A DNA stretch of 64,000 bases from Vicinamibacteria bacterium (GTDB lineage: Bacteria; Acidobacteriota; Vicinamibacteria; Marinacidobacterales; SMYC01). The stretch spans positions 21,671-85,670 of the forward strand of contig DATIBD010000019.1 of NCBI GenBank assembly GCA_035457705.1. The letters are read 5' to 3'. Position 1 is the stretch's first letter; each line of letters opens with the position of its first letter. The position numbers were made by a program, and so were the translations under genes. Below, one piece after another: positions 53,444 through 62,149 of this stretch. The notes under the pieces are model-generated. The model was not told the DNA's origin, searched no databases, and saw nothing but the letters and a program-made list of their open reading frames with translations.

Positions 53444-55878
53444 CCGATTCGAGCCTCCGGCGAAAGACCGATGGCATCGACATCCGCGAGCGTGATGGTC
53501 CGCCGGTTCTCCTCATGAGCGCGATTCACGAGGGCGACGCAGAGTTTCTGGATCAGGTAGGGTTTGCACTCGGTGACGGAGATGATCCGGTCCACACAAC
53601 CGTCCTCGAGCTTGAATATGCCGCGGATGGGACGCTCGATGAGCTCTTCGGCGTCCTCGCGCCGGAACGGCTTGACTTCGATCTCCTCGAAGAAGTTGTA
53701 CCAAGGACTTCCTTCTCTTTCCCACTGCTTCTTGATCTCGACGCCGGAGACGACGGAGACCAGACTCTCGGCAAAGCTCTTCATGAAGAGGCTTCTCAAT
53801 TTCTGGTTGATCTTTGGATCGTAGTCGTTGAGCTCGTCGACCTCGTCGATCAGCAGCACCAGCTTCACGCGCTTCGAGCTCTTCTCATGGAGCCTCTTGA
53901 GAATTCGATGAATGTCACGGACGAAGTCGCGGTAGGTGTAGCCTGCTCCGTCCTCCCCGGTGGTCGGCTCGAGTCCATCGAGCATTGGAGCGAGGTCGTG
54001 AAAGATATCGTCTGCCAGCGTCCGGAAGAATCGATTTTCGGGAGTACCCTGAAGATCGACATAGACGGGGTAGAAGTCGTAAACGGGATCGTCGAGGCGC
54101 TCGAGCCTCTTCTTTAGCTGATGCTGGATCGAGGTCTTGCCGATGCGTCTCTCACCATAGAGTAGGAGGCTGTTGTTGTGGATCGTTTGCAGAATCCGAT
54201 CGATCAGTCGAGCGCGGCCGAAGAAGAGGCTCTCGTCCAGCACCGGCGCGCCGGCCACATAGGGATTGAAGCGGCGCTTGATGAGCCGCTCCCGCTTTTG
54301 GGCCCGCCGACCATAGAGGAGCCCACCGAAGCCCAGCAGGATTGCACCGACGGTCAGGTAGAACCAGGCTGTCCGGTAGAAGGGCGGTTCGTAGACGACG
54401 ATGTACTCGCTGCTCGAGCTCAGGCTCTCCGCGTCCGTCGCCACCAACCGGAAGGTCGACAGGCCGGGTGGCAGCATCTCGTCGAGGGTAAACTCGGTGA
54501 TGTAGTAGTCCCCTAGCGGTTGGCTATTGCTGCGCCCGCGAATCTCCCGGTTCTCCCGGTCATAGAAGACGACGTCTACGGGGGAGTCGTCGAAGATGAT
54601 GCCGCTCAGACGAAAGTCGGACGTTACGATTTGCTGGACCCGCGATCCATCATCGAGCTCTCGGCGAAAATCGGCGAATCGGATGGCGGGAGGAATGTTG
54701 CCTCCCGTTCCGGTCCCCAGTAGCCTCCGGTTGATTTCCCGATAGGCTCTCGCCACCTTCTCGAGCGCGGACGCGTTGCCGGCGTCCAGTGCGAGCACCC
54801 GATTCGCGGCGGAGAGGGCACTCTCGAATCGACTCGCCCCGATATCCGATTCCGCTTCGGCCAGCATCCGATCGAGCGACGCGCGTCTGGATTTCTCCCC
54901 CTCGGTCCTGGCGCGAGCTTCGAGAAGGCGGTCCTGGAGCCGAGCCGCTTGCTCGTTGGCGGGATCCAGGGCAATCACGGTCTGTAGTCGCGTCAGGGCT
55001 GCCTCGATGTCCCCTCGAGCTTCCAACTGCCCCACTTCCTTCAACCCATCGGCGACGAGATCGCTTCGCCGTCGAGCGTCCTTCCTTCCTTCGATGTCAC
55101 GAAGGATTCTCGCCTGCGCGTCCTCCAGCAGGGACTGAACTTCGGGATCCGACGAGAGCACCGCGGCCTGCTTCAAAACGCTCGAGGCCTCGCTGTATCG
55201 GCCGGAGTCGAGGAGCGCACGACCGTCGTCGACCAAACGGGCCGCCCTTTCCTGCCGTTCTTGTTCGGCCTGCTGGCGGCCGATTTTGTCGAGCAGTCTC
55301 TCCCTTGCGGCCAAGGCGTCCGCGTCCTCGGGTGCCACCGACAGTCCCCGGCTCAGAGCCGTCATCGCCTCATCGAGCCGGTCTCCGGCCTCGAGCCTCG
55401 ACGCCTCCTCGAGGCTCGTTCTCACGATTTGTCGAACGCGTTGCTGCTCCTGGGCGAGGCGATCGTCGCGTCCTTCCTCCGCCCGAACGCGGAAGTCTCG
55501 TAGCTCGGCCAGCCCGCCTTGCGATTGAGTAACGGCCCCGAGTCTTTCTTCTGTCTCGAACGCCTGGAGGGCGGCGTCGAACTGCCCGAGTTGGTAGTAG
55601 GCTATCCCGAGCTTGAGGTAAGGAAAATACGAGATGACTTTCATCCCGTAGCTCCTCACTCGGGCTCCTGAATCGCCTTTCCTCTCGATCGCCTGGTTGA
55701 TCTGAACGACCGCTTCCTCCCAGTTTTGGGCCTCGAGCGCCCTTTCGGCCTTCTCATAATGCTCGTACCAGGGGTCGGTCCAGGCCAGCCGCGTCGAGGC
55801 GGTCAGTAAGAATAAGAGGGCAAGGACATGGTGACGACGCAGACGAGCGAACCGGCGCCTTCGTCCTCGCGGGCTCAT
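53440..55878 (-). CDS. signal peptide + extracytoplasmic TPR/coiled-coil region + TM helix + cytoplasmic STAND-like P-loop ATPase
   Basis: ATGA overlap with the upstream gene. N-terminal signal (VLALLFLLTASTRLA). TPR-like repeats and a long Ala/Arg/Glu-rich helical region. TM helix AWFYLTVGAILLGFGGLLYG. ATPase paralogous to the downstream gene: NPYVAGAPVLDESLFFGR, GERRIGKTS, VLLIDEVDEL, CKPYLIQKLC. Confidence 0.8.
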   Translation of the reverse strand: MSPRGRRRRFARLRRHHVLALLFLLTASTRLAWTDPWYEHYEKAERALEAQNWEEAVVQINQAIERKGDSGARVRSYGMKVISYFPYLKLGIAYYQLGQFDAALQAFETEERLGAVTQSQGGLAELRDFRVRAEEGRDDRLAQEQQRVRQIVRTSLEEASRLEAGDRLDEAMTALSRGLSVAPEDADALAARERLLDKIGRQQAEQERQERAARLVDDGRALLDSGRYSEASSVLKQAAVLSSDPEVQSLLEDAQARILRDIEGRKDARRRSDLVADGLKEVGQLEARGDIEAALTRLQTVIALDPANEQAARLQDRLLEARARTEGEKSRRASLDRMLAEAESDIGASRFESALSAANRVLALDAGNASALEKVARAYREINRRLLGTGTGGNIPPAIRFADFRRELDDGSRVQQIVTSDFRLSGIIFDDSPVDVVFYDRENREIRGRSNSQPLGDYYITEFTLDEMLPPGLSTFRLVATDAESLSSSSEYIVVYEPPFYRTAWFYLTVGAILLGFGGLLYGRRAQKRERLIKRRFNPYVAGAPVLDESLFFGRARLIDRILQTIHNNSLLLYGERRIGKTSIQHQLKKRLERLDDPVYDFYPVYVDLQGTPENRFFRTLADDIFHDLAPMLDGLEPTTGEDGAGYTYRDFVRDIHRILKRLHEKSSKRVKLVLLIDEVDELNDYDPKINQKLRSLFMKSFAESLVSVVSGVEIKKQWEREGSPWYNFFEEIEVKPFRREDAEELIERPIRGIFKLEDGCVDRIISVTECKPYLIQKLCVALVNRAHEENRRTITLADVDAIGLSPEARIG

Positions 55879-57536
55879 TTCGAGGGTACGCTCACGACGA
55901 AGGTCGATCCTTTGCCGAGCTGGCTGTGCACGCGAATCTCACCGCCCTGCTTCTGAACGAACTGACGCGCGGTGAAGAGACTCCAGTCTCCCGTCGAGAT
56001 GCGTCCATCGGCGATCTGGAAAACGGGATTGAACAGGCGGGTCACCTGGTCGGGCGTCATTCCGCCTCCATTGTCCTCGATCCGGATTTCGATCCGATCT
56101 CCCATGGCCTCGGTCGTGATGACGATCGTTCCGTAAGCGTCGTTCTGTCGGCAGGCCGCGATCGCACACCGGAGCAAACCCGTGAGGCTCGAGCTCAACG
56201 ATTGTCGGTGACATCGAATCGACGGCAGCGGCGCCGAGTGCAACTCGATACCGATGGACGGCTCTCGGGCCAGCGCCACTATGTCGGACAATAGCTCGTT
56301 CAGATCGATCGCTTGCACCTCGGCTCGATCCAGATTCGTGAAACGCTGGATGCGCCCGATCACTTCGTCCATCCGCTCCAGGGCCGCGTCAAACGACTTC
56401 CGCAAATCGGCCTGCACCGCTTCCAGGCGACCCCGCTCTTCGGGTGTTGCCGAGCCTCTCCGGGCGGCGGCGCGCACGAGAGTATCGACCGTGCTCTTCA
56501 GGGTCCCGAGGGGAGTGTTGAGTTCGTGGCTGAGGGCGGCCGCGAGACGGCCGAGACTCTCCACGTTCTCGGCGATCAACATCCGGCGTTGCATCTCCCA
56601 TCGCTCCCGCTCGATCCGGATCCCCGCGACGTTGGCCATCGCGGTCAACAGGATCAGATCGTCGCTGGTGAACGTTGGCCCCTGGTCGACGGAGTCCAGA
56701 TACATCAGTCCGATGACACGTTCTTCCGTCTGCAACGGGACGGCGATCAGGGAGTGCACACCTTGCTCGATGATGGTCTGGCTTCTCTTTACCAGCTGGT
56801 CGTCGAGGGCGTCCGTTACCAAAAGGGACGTCTTCTCTTTCAAAACCTTCTCCCTGACGCGGGAGCTGATCTGAAGCTCGGAGCCCCGGGAGGCTTGCAC
56901 CACCAACCGGTCTCCCTCATCTAGAGTCAGAAGGACTCCTCGTTCGGCGCCGACCGCCTCGAGCGAGAGATCGAGGATGATGCGGAAGAGCTCTTGAAGC
57001 GGTCGACGCACCACGAGCTCGCGACCGGCACGCACGAACGCCCAGAGCGCGCCGACATGAGGACCTCGCGCCACGTCCTCGACGCGGCTCTGGGAACCTC
57101 CCGCCGACAGGACCTCTTCGAGAGACGTGCTCTTGGTACTCGAGTGCGCCTCGGTATCCGGCGAATCGAACCTAAGGTTGTCACCCTGGCTCTGCCGCGA
57201 GAGAGCTAACGTCACACAGCTCGCGGTGATGCGATCGCCGGGCTCGAGAATCTGCCTCCTCGTCACCAGTCCCCCGTTGACGAACGTGCCGTTCTTGCTG
57301 GCCAGGTTCTGGACGAACCATTGGTCTCCCTCTCTATCGACAATCAGATGCTGTCGGGACAATCCTTCGTCCTCGGGAAAAGAAAGGGTGTTGGTTGCCG
57401 ACCTGCCGAGAGAGATCCGACGGCGTTCGAGACGCAGGGTGCTCGTATGGCCGGACGGCGCTGTAACGAGAAGCACGAGACCCGGCTCGCTCCGATCGCC
57501 GGCATCGGCCTTGGAGCTTGCGGATTTGCGAGCCAT
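55875..57536 (-). CDS. FHA - GAF - histidine kinase (HisKA + HATPase_c)
   Basis: ATG 57536 has GAGG upstream, and the longer ORF to 57743 is unlikely. FHA: ISLGRSATNTLSFPEDEGLSRQHLIV...NGTFVNG. GAF-like middle. H-box LGRLAAALSHELNTPLGTL. G boxes EDNGGGM and GKGSTF. No receiver gene in the operon. Confidence 0.85.
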   Translation of the reverse strand: MARKSASSKADAGDRSEPGLVLLVTAPSGHTSTLRLERRRISLGRSATNTLSFPEDEGLSRQHLIVDREGDQWFVQNLASKNGTFVNGGLVTRRQILEPGDRITASCVTLALSRQSQGDNLRFDSPDTEAHSSTKSTSLEEVLSAGGSQSRVEDVARGPHVGALWAFVRAGRELVVRRPLQELFRIILDLSLEAVGAERGVLLTLDEGDRLVVQASRGSELQISSRVREKVLKEKTSLLVTDALDDQLVKRSQTIIEQGVHSLIAVPLQTEERVIGLMYLDSVDQGPTFTSDDLILLTAMANVAGIRIERERWEMQRRMLIAENVESLGRLAAALSHELNTPLGTLKSTVDTLVRAAARRGSATPEERGRLEAVQADLRKSFDAALERMDEVIGRIQRFTNLDRAEVQAIDLNELLSDIVALAREPSIGIELHSAPLPSIRCHRQSLSSSLTGLLRCAIAACRQNDAYGTIVITTEAMGDRIEIRIEDNGGGMTPDQVTRLFNPVFQIADGRISTGDWSLFTARQFVQKQGGEIRVHSQLGKGSTFVVSVPSK

Positions 57537-57760
57537 CAACGCCTCGGTGTCGAGAAAACCTTCCCTATTTCCTCGTTCGCGAGCAGAGACTCCACGCCAC
57601 GACGGAGCTCCAAGGAGAAGGCGAAACGAGTCATTATAAGTTTTGGTTCCGCCCGCTGACAACTTAGCCGCCGAGCTAGACCGTACCAGCGCATATAATG
57701 ACGCGGACCCGTGACCGGAGTCGCTCTTGGAAGTCACCTCCATCCCTGACCGGAGGAGAA

Positions 57761-59119
57761 ATGAGCCCGCGTCCCGCGCGATCCTGTTACATTCTTTTCG
57801 CAGCTCTTCTCGCTGCCCGCACCCTCTGCGGTCAGGCGGAAGTCCCGACGATTTTCCAGTTCAGCCTTTCCAATCCTGGGGCGCGAAGCCTCGGGCTCGG
57901 TGGCGCTTTCGTGGCGCTCGCGGACGATGCGACCGCTGCCTTTGCCAATCCGGCGGGGCTGGTCCAGCTCACGAGGCCGGAGGTTTCCGTTGAAGGACGG
58001 TTATGGAGCTACTCCACACCCTTCACCGAAGCGGGACGGATCTCGGGTCAGCCCACGGGCATTCTCCTCGACAATTCGCCCACGACCCGAACCGGCGTTT
58101 CCTCCGAGCTCGTCACCGGGCTGTCTTTCATCTCCTTCACCTATCCGCAAGAAGATTGGTCCGTGGCCGCTTATCGACATGAATTCGCGAATTTCGAGGC
58201 CGCTGCCGAGACCCAGGGGTTCTTTGCGGCCCCCCCTCTCCCAGACGACGACATCGTGGCGCTCTCCCTCCAGGTTGATGACACGTTGCGGCTTCCTGAT
58301 CTCCGTCGGTTTACCGATCTCGAGATCGTCACCTATGGATTCTCCGGCGCCTTTCGGCCCACGGACTCCTTCAGTGTGGGCGCCGGGGTCTCCTATTTCG
58401 ATGGAGCGCTCCGCAGCACCGTTGATGTCTTCGCTGCGGTCGATGAAACTCTGCCTCAGGGTCCTTTCGGCGAGAACGCGTACCACGAGGCGGCGCGGGC
58501 TTTCTCCGCCGACAGCACCGTCGACGACTCGGACTGGGGCTTCACCGGCGGATTCTTGTGGAACGTTTCCGACCGGTGGAACGTGGGTGTCTCCTACCGC
58601 GAAGGTCCACGGTTTGACTTGCACAACCTGGAGCTTTCCGGGCCGGCTCTCGAGCCATTCGTTCCGGAAGGCACGGTGACCCTTTCGAGCCCAACGCGGA
58701 TCGGCTTTCCCGACGTTTTCAGTCTAGGGGTCGTCTACCAGTCCGAGGGGGGAGCCACTACCGTGAGCTTCGAATGGGACCGCGTACAACATTCCAATCT
58801 CTTCGAGGCGGAGCCCGAATCACTCGAATTGGGCCTGCGGTTGGATGACGTCGATGAGCTTCACCTGGGCTTCGAGTACGTTTTCATCAATGCGACGCCA
58901 ACGGTCGCGCTTCGTTTGGGTGCCTGGACGGATCCCGACCACCGCATCCGATACGTTGGGGATGACCCCGTCCTTCGGGCTCTCTTCCCGGCGGGAGACG
59001 ATGAAGCCCACTTCGCCGTCGGCTTCGGCATGGCCTTCAGCAAGTTCCAGATCGACGTGGGCGTCGACCTCTCGGATTTGGTGAAAACGACTTCGTTCTC
59101 GGCGATTTACAGTTTCTAG
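57761..59119 (+). CDS. outer-membrane FadL/OmpP1-type transporter
   Basis: GGAGGAG RBS and ATG 57761. Signal peptide ILFAALLAARTLCGQA. Hallmark N-terminal GARSLGLGGAFVALADDATAAFANPAGL. C-terminal aromatic residue (IYSF). Confidence 0.75.
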   Translation: MSPRPARSCYILFAALLAARTLCGQAEVPTIFQFSLSNPGARSLGLGGAFVALADDATAAFANPAGLVQLTRPEVSVEGRLWSYSTPFTEAGRISGQPTGILLDNSPTTRTGVSSELVTGLSFISFTYPQEDWSVAAYRHEFANFEAAAETQGFFAAPPLPDDDIVALSLQVDDTLRLPDLRRFTDLEIVTYGFSGAFRPTDSFSVGAGVSYFDGALRSTVDVFAAVDETLPQGPFGENAYHEAARAFSADSTVDDSDWGFTGGFLWNVSDRWNVGVSYREGPRFDLHNLELSGPALEPFVPEGTVTLSSPTRIGFPDVFSLGVVYQSEGGATTVSFEWDRVQHSNLFEAEPESLELGLRLDDVDELHLGFEYVFINATPTVALRLGAWTDPDHRIRYVGDDPVLRALFPAGDDEAHFAVGFGMAFSKFQIDVGVDLSDLVKTTSFSAIYSF

Positions 59120-59140
59120 CCCCGTGCCCGAGGTGAACCC

Positions 59141-59464
59141 TCAGGTCTTCCACTCATCGTCTTCGGCGACGAGAGTCGACTTGAGCCGGGTCACCGTCAG
59201 AAGCTCCACGATCCGCTTGCTGGGATTGACGACGCGAAGCTTGCCGTCGATGCGGGACACGCTCGTATAGCAGCGCACGATCTCTCCGAGTCCCGCGCTG
59301 TCGACGTAGGGAACGTCGGCGAGGTTCAAGCCAATTCGCTTGTGCCCGGCCTGCACGAGGCTATCGACTTTCTCACGCAGGATGTCGTCGCCGTCGCCGA
59401 TCATTAGCTTTCCCGAGAGGTCGAGCATCACGACGTCGCCTTCGTGCCTTTCTTCGATTTTCAT
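59141..59464 (-). CDS. STAS-domain protein (anti-sigma-factor antagonist, SpoIIAA-like)
   Basis: 107 aa. VMLDLSGKL...LNLADVPYVDSAGLGEIV, with a conserved Ser in DSAGLG. Confidence 0.85.
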   Translation of the reverse strand: MKIEERHEGDVVMLDLSGKLMIGDGDDILREKVDSLVQAGHKRIGLNLADVPYVDSAGLGEIVRCYTSVSRIDGKLRVVNPSKRIVELLTVTRLKSTLVAEDDEWKT

Positions 59465-59629
59465 TGGTGATTCACCTTTCCCGATCTGGACTGCCGCATC
59501 CCAAACCCGCAGTCGTGTCGGGTGAAGTTACCGCTGGTTGGGCCTGAACACAAGTCTCTTGGCTCGTCTGGACGTGCGGCCAGGACCCGAGACCGGGATT
59601 CCGCATCATTCAAGAGGGATCCTGGCATC

Positions 59630-60235
59630 TCAGGTGAGCTCGCGTATCGTTCGCCCCAGGTCCTTTCGCGGAACGATGTTGTGTTTTATCCAGAAGCCGG
59701 GGTAGAGCGTCACGAAGCCCGTGGGGTCCACGTCGAGCTCGGTGAGGAAACCCGACGTGCTCTCGTAGCGATAGCGAGAGGAATCGATGCGGTAGTAGCT
59801 TTGCTCCAGCGGCACCAGGTCGAAACTCGGGAACCGAAGCCAAGCGGCTCGAACCGCAGATCCCTGTCCGATCGGGAGGTCCAGCCGGCGAATGGGCAGG
59901 AGGTTGGTCGATGGACTGAAGTTCAAGTCGAGATCGAGGGCGCCTTCGACCTCCGGACAGTGGGACTCTCCGAGCCACCAGCGCCCGCGCTCGGCGCGGA
60001 TCTCGAGAGCCACGAGCTCACTCCCGAGCCAGCCCGCAACCTTCCCGCGACGAGTTCTCCAGTGGGAGTCGCACTGGATGGCGTAGTCGAGACGACAGGG
60101 CTTCCCGTCGTAATCGAAGACCGCCGTCCCCTCGAGACACCAATCCTTGCCGCGGGAGTCGAGCCGGGCACATTCATGACCGGCTCGATCCAGCCTCTGC
60201 CAGAGTATGGTGTTCGCGGGCACGCGCTTCCTCAA
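59630..60235 (-). CDS. putative glycolipid-binding domain protein (DUF1089-like)
   Basis: The pattern W.RLD..G.E...L......L.G......G.P..L.Y.I.CD..W.TR plus ALDLDLNFSPSTNLLPIRRL matches my recollection of that family. Confidence 0.55.
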   Translation of the reverse strand: MRKRVPANTILWQRLDRAGHECARLDSRGKDWCLEGTAVFDYDGKPCRLDYAIQCDSHWRTRRGKVAGWLGSELVALEIRAERGRWWLGESHCPEVEGALDLDLNFSPSTNLLPIRRLDLPIGQGSAVRAAWLRFPSFDLVPLEQSYYRIDSSRYRYESTSGFLTELDVDPTGFVTLYPGFWIKHNIVPRKDLGRTIRELT

Positions 60236-60322
60236 AGGATTTTACTGTGCCGATGAGCCAGATGGGTGGCGCGAGCATGCCGCGGGAGCGATTGCCATAC
60301 GGAGATACCTGTCCTGACGCAG

Positions 60323-60922
60323 TCAGAACCGGAGGCCGATGCTGAACGTCAGCTTCAGGTTTCCACCCCAGAAGCTGTCTTCGGTGACCGCCTCACGATC
60401 CCGGTTGATGGCCGGTGCCGGGTAGCGGAGAAGCAAATCAGAGACGTCCACTCGCACGAGACTCCGATCCGTTGGATAGAGCTCGATTCCGCCTCCGAGA
60501 TCGAGAGCGAGAACCGTTCGGCCCCCGGCGAGGAGGCAGGACAGCGGTGGAGGATAAATGAGAATGCAAGCGAACGGCTGCCCGGCTCCGGCGAATCGCA
60601 CGAAGCCCGGCCGAGCCTTACCGAAGACCGAAAGCCAGTCGAAACGCGGTCCGACCTTGATCCCAAAGAGTCCTTCGATACGTGAGCTCGTGATGGTGAC
60701 GCGGTCGGGAATGTCTTGGGGATAGAAGCTCAGCTCGCCTTCGACCCCCAGAAGCGGAGTCGCCTGATAGCCGATTCGGCCCCCGATGCCCAGGTCCGTG
60801 GCGTCGAGCTCGTGTTGGAACGTCGTGCCCAGGAGTGCGCTCAACTCGAGGCCTCGTTCCTGAGCACGGGCGTTCATGACTGTGGAAAGAAAAATGAGCG
60901 TGGCGATGGTGACGTTTCTCAA
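60323..60922 (-). CDS. small outer-membrane beta-barrel protein
   Basis: Signal peptide (IATLIFLSTVMNARAQE). Alternating hydrophobic beta pattern. C-terminal SIGLRF. Confidence 0.62.
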   Translation of the reverse strand: MRNVTIATLIFLSTVMNARAQERGLELSALLGTTFQHELDATDLGIGGRIGYQATPLLGVEGELSFYPQDIPDRVTITSSRIEGLFGIKVGPRFDWLSVFGKARPGFVRFAGAGQPFACILIYPPPLSCLLAGGRTVLALDLGGGIELYPTDRSLVRVDVSDLLLRYPAPAINRDREAVTEDSFWGGNLKLTFSIGLRF

Positions 60923-61100
60923 AGGTTATGGCTCCATGTCGGTAGAATTTAGACAGATCGGTGCGCGGAGCACAAGGCCGCACCAATCGTCAAGAGACTC
61001 CTCACGAAGACTTCGTGAGCTCCGGGAAGCGGCCGAGCCGTGACCATTGCTCCGCGCTTCTATGACCCCCGAGGTCCGTCCAGCGACGTCGCGACAACTC

Positions 61101-61589
61101 TCATTGCACCCCCCTCAGGAGCGTGAGGGCTTTCAACGCGGCCAGCCAGGCCACGAGGGTCGCGGCGTGCCGAACGTAGCCTAGCCGAACCCACCGGAGT
61201 GCCGTCGCAACGGCGTCCCCTTGGGAAAGCGTCTCCTCGCGCATCAGCCGCAGCATCGTGGGGATGAAATAAGCGAAGGTCATGCTCCGGTCGACGAGCG
61301 CGGCAAGCCCCGCGGTCAGCCACCAGCCGCGGACCGGCGCCTCGGTCCAGAAAGACCCTACCAGGCTCGCCAGGGTGAGAAGAGTGAGGGGGATCGTCGT
61401 GACAAAGATCCAGAACCGAAGACCGGTGTTCGCCTGCAGTGCAGCGGCGCGGTTCCACTCATAGCCAGACTCGGTTGGCACGAGCCATTGAGGAACCACG
61501 ATTCGTGACTCGTAGAGACCGGCCCCGAAAGCGATCCCCAGATTGATCACGAACAGCCACAGCAAAACCTCGGTGAGCGATCCTGTCAT
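61101..61589 (-). CDS. DUF1772-family integral membrane protein (anthrone-oxygenase-like)
   Basis: 162 aa with four hydrophobic helices. N-terminal LLWLFVINLGIAFGAGLYESRIVVPQW is typical of DUF1772 as I recall it. Confidence 0.55.
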   Translation of the reverse strand: MTGSLTEVLLWLFVINLGIAFGAGLYESRIVVPQWLVPTESGYEWNRAAALQANTGLRFWIFVTTIPLTLLTLASLVGSFWTEAPVRGWWLTAGLAALVDRSMTFAYFIPTMLRLMREETLSQGDAVATALRWVRLGYVRHAATLVAWLAALKALTLLRGVQ

Positions 61590-61682
61590 GTCTCAGTCAC
61601 GGCCCTTAGGGGCTGCCATCGACGAATTCTTCCTGCTCTCCAAGGTGGAGTAAGACTGAACTGTCGACAATGGACTGTCTCC

Positions 61683-62063
61683 TCAGCTCCTCCTGGGAAG
61701 CGATCGTGCGAACGAGGCGCCGAGGTCGACCCATTTCTTCAGCGCCGCGGTGGTGCGGTAACCAGGAGGAGAGACGTAGACGAACCCTTTGAGGGCGCGT
61801 CCGGTGAAGTCCATCGGTCGTGTCGAGGACTTCGAGAGGGCCCGCTCGTACTGCTCCGGCCCGACCCGAACCATCAGGTTCTCCTTTTCCACGCCGCAGG
61901 CCATGTTGCCGTTCACTAGGAAGCAGACTCCTCCAAACATCTTCTTTTCCGTCACTCCGCGGCGGCGCCCGAGAACTTCTCGGACCCGCTCCGCGAGCTT
62001 TTCGTCATACGGCACATCAAGCCTCCTGAGAGCGTCTGGTTCCATACGCGAGCGCGACGGCAA
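61683..62063 (-). CDS. TfoX N-terminal domain protein
   Basis: KKMFGGVCFLVNGNMACGV...LMVRVGP is characteristic of the TfoX_N family. Confidence 0.68.
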   Translation of the reverse strand: MPSRSRMEPDALRRLDVPYDEKLAERVREVLGRRRGVTEKKMFGGVCFLVNGNMACGVEKENLMVRVGPEQYERALSKSSTRPMDFTGRALKGFVYVSPPGYRTTAALKKWVDLGASFARSLPRRS

Positions 62064-62149
62064 CGTCGGCCAGAGCGAATTGAAGCAATTTCATGCGATG
62101 GTAGCTCAAGACGATGACCCTGATACCGATGAGCCCGTTGGAAGAATTG

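Noticed and set aside
61001-61019. CTCACGAAG-A-CTTCGTGAG palindrome downstream of the DUF1772 gene, considered as an intrinsic terminator
   Set aside because: The stem is perfect, but there is essentially no loop and no U-tract on the minus strand. I cannot support it as a terminator from sequence alone.
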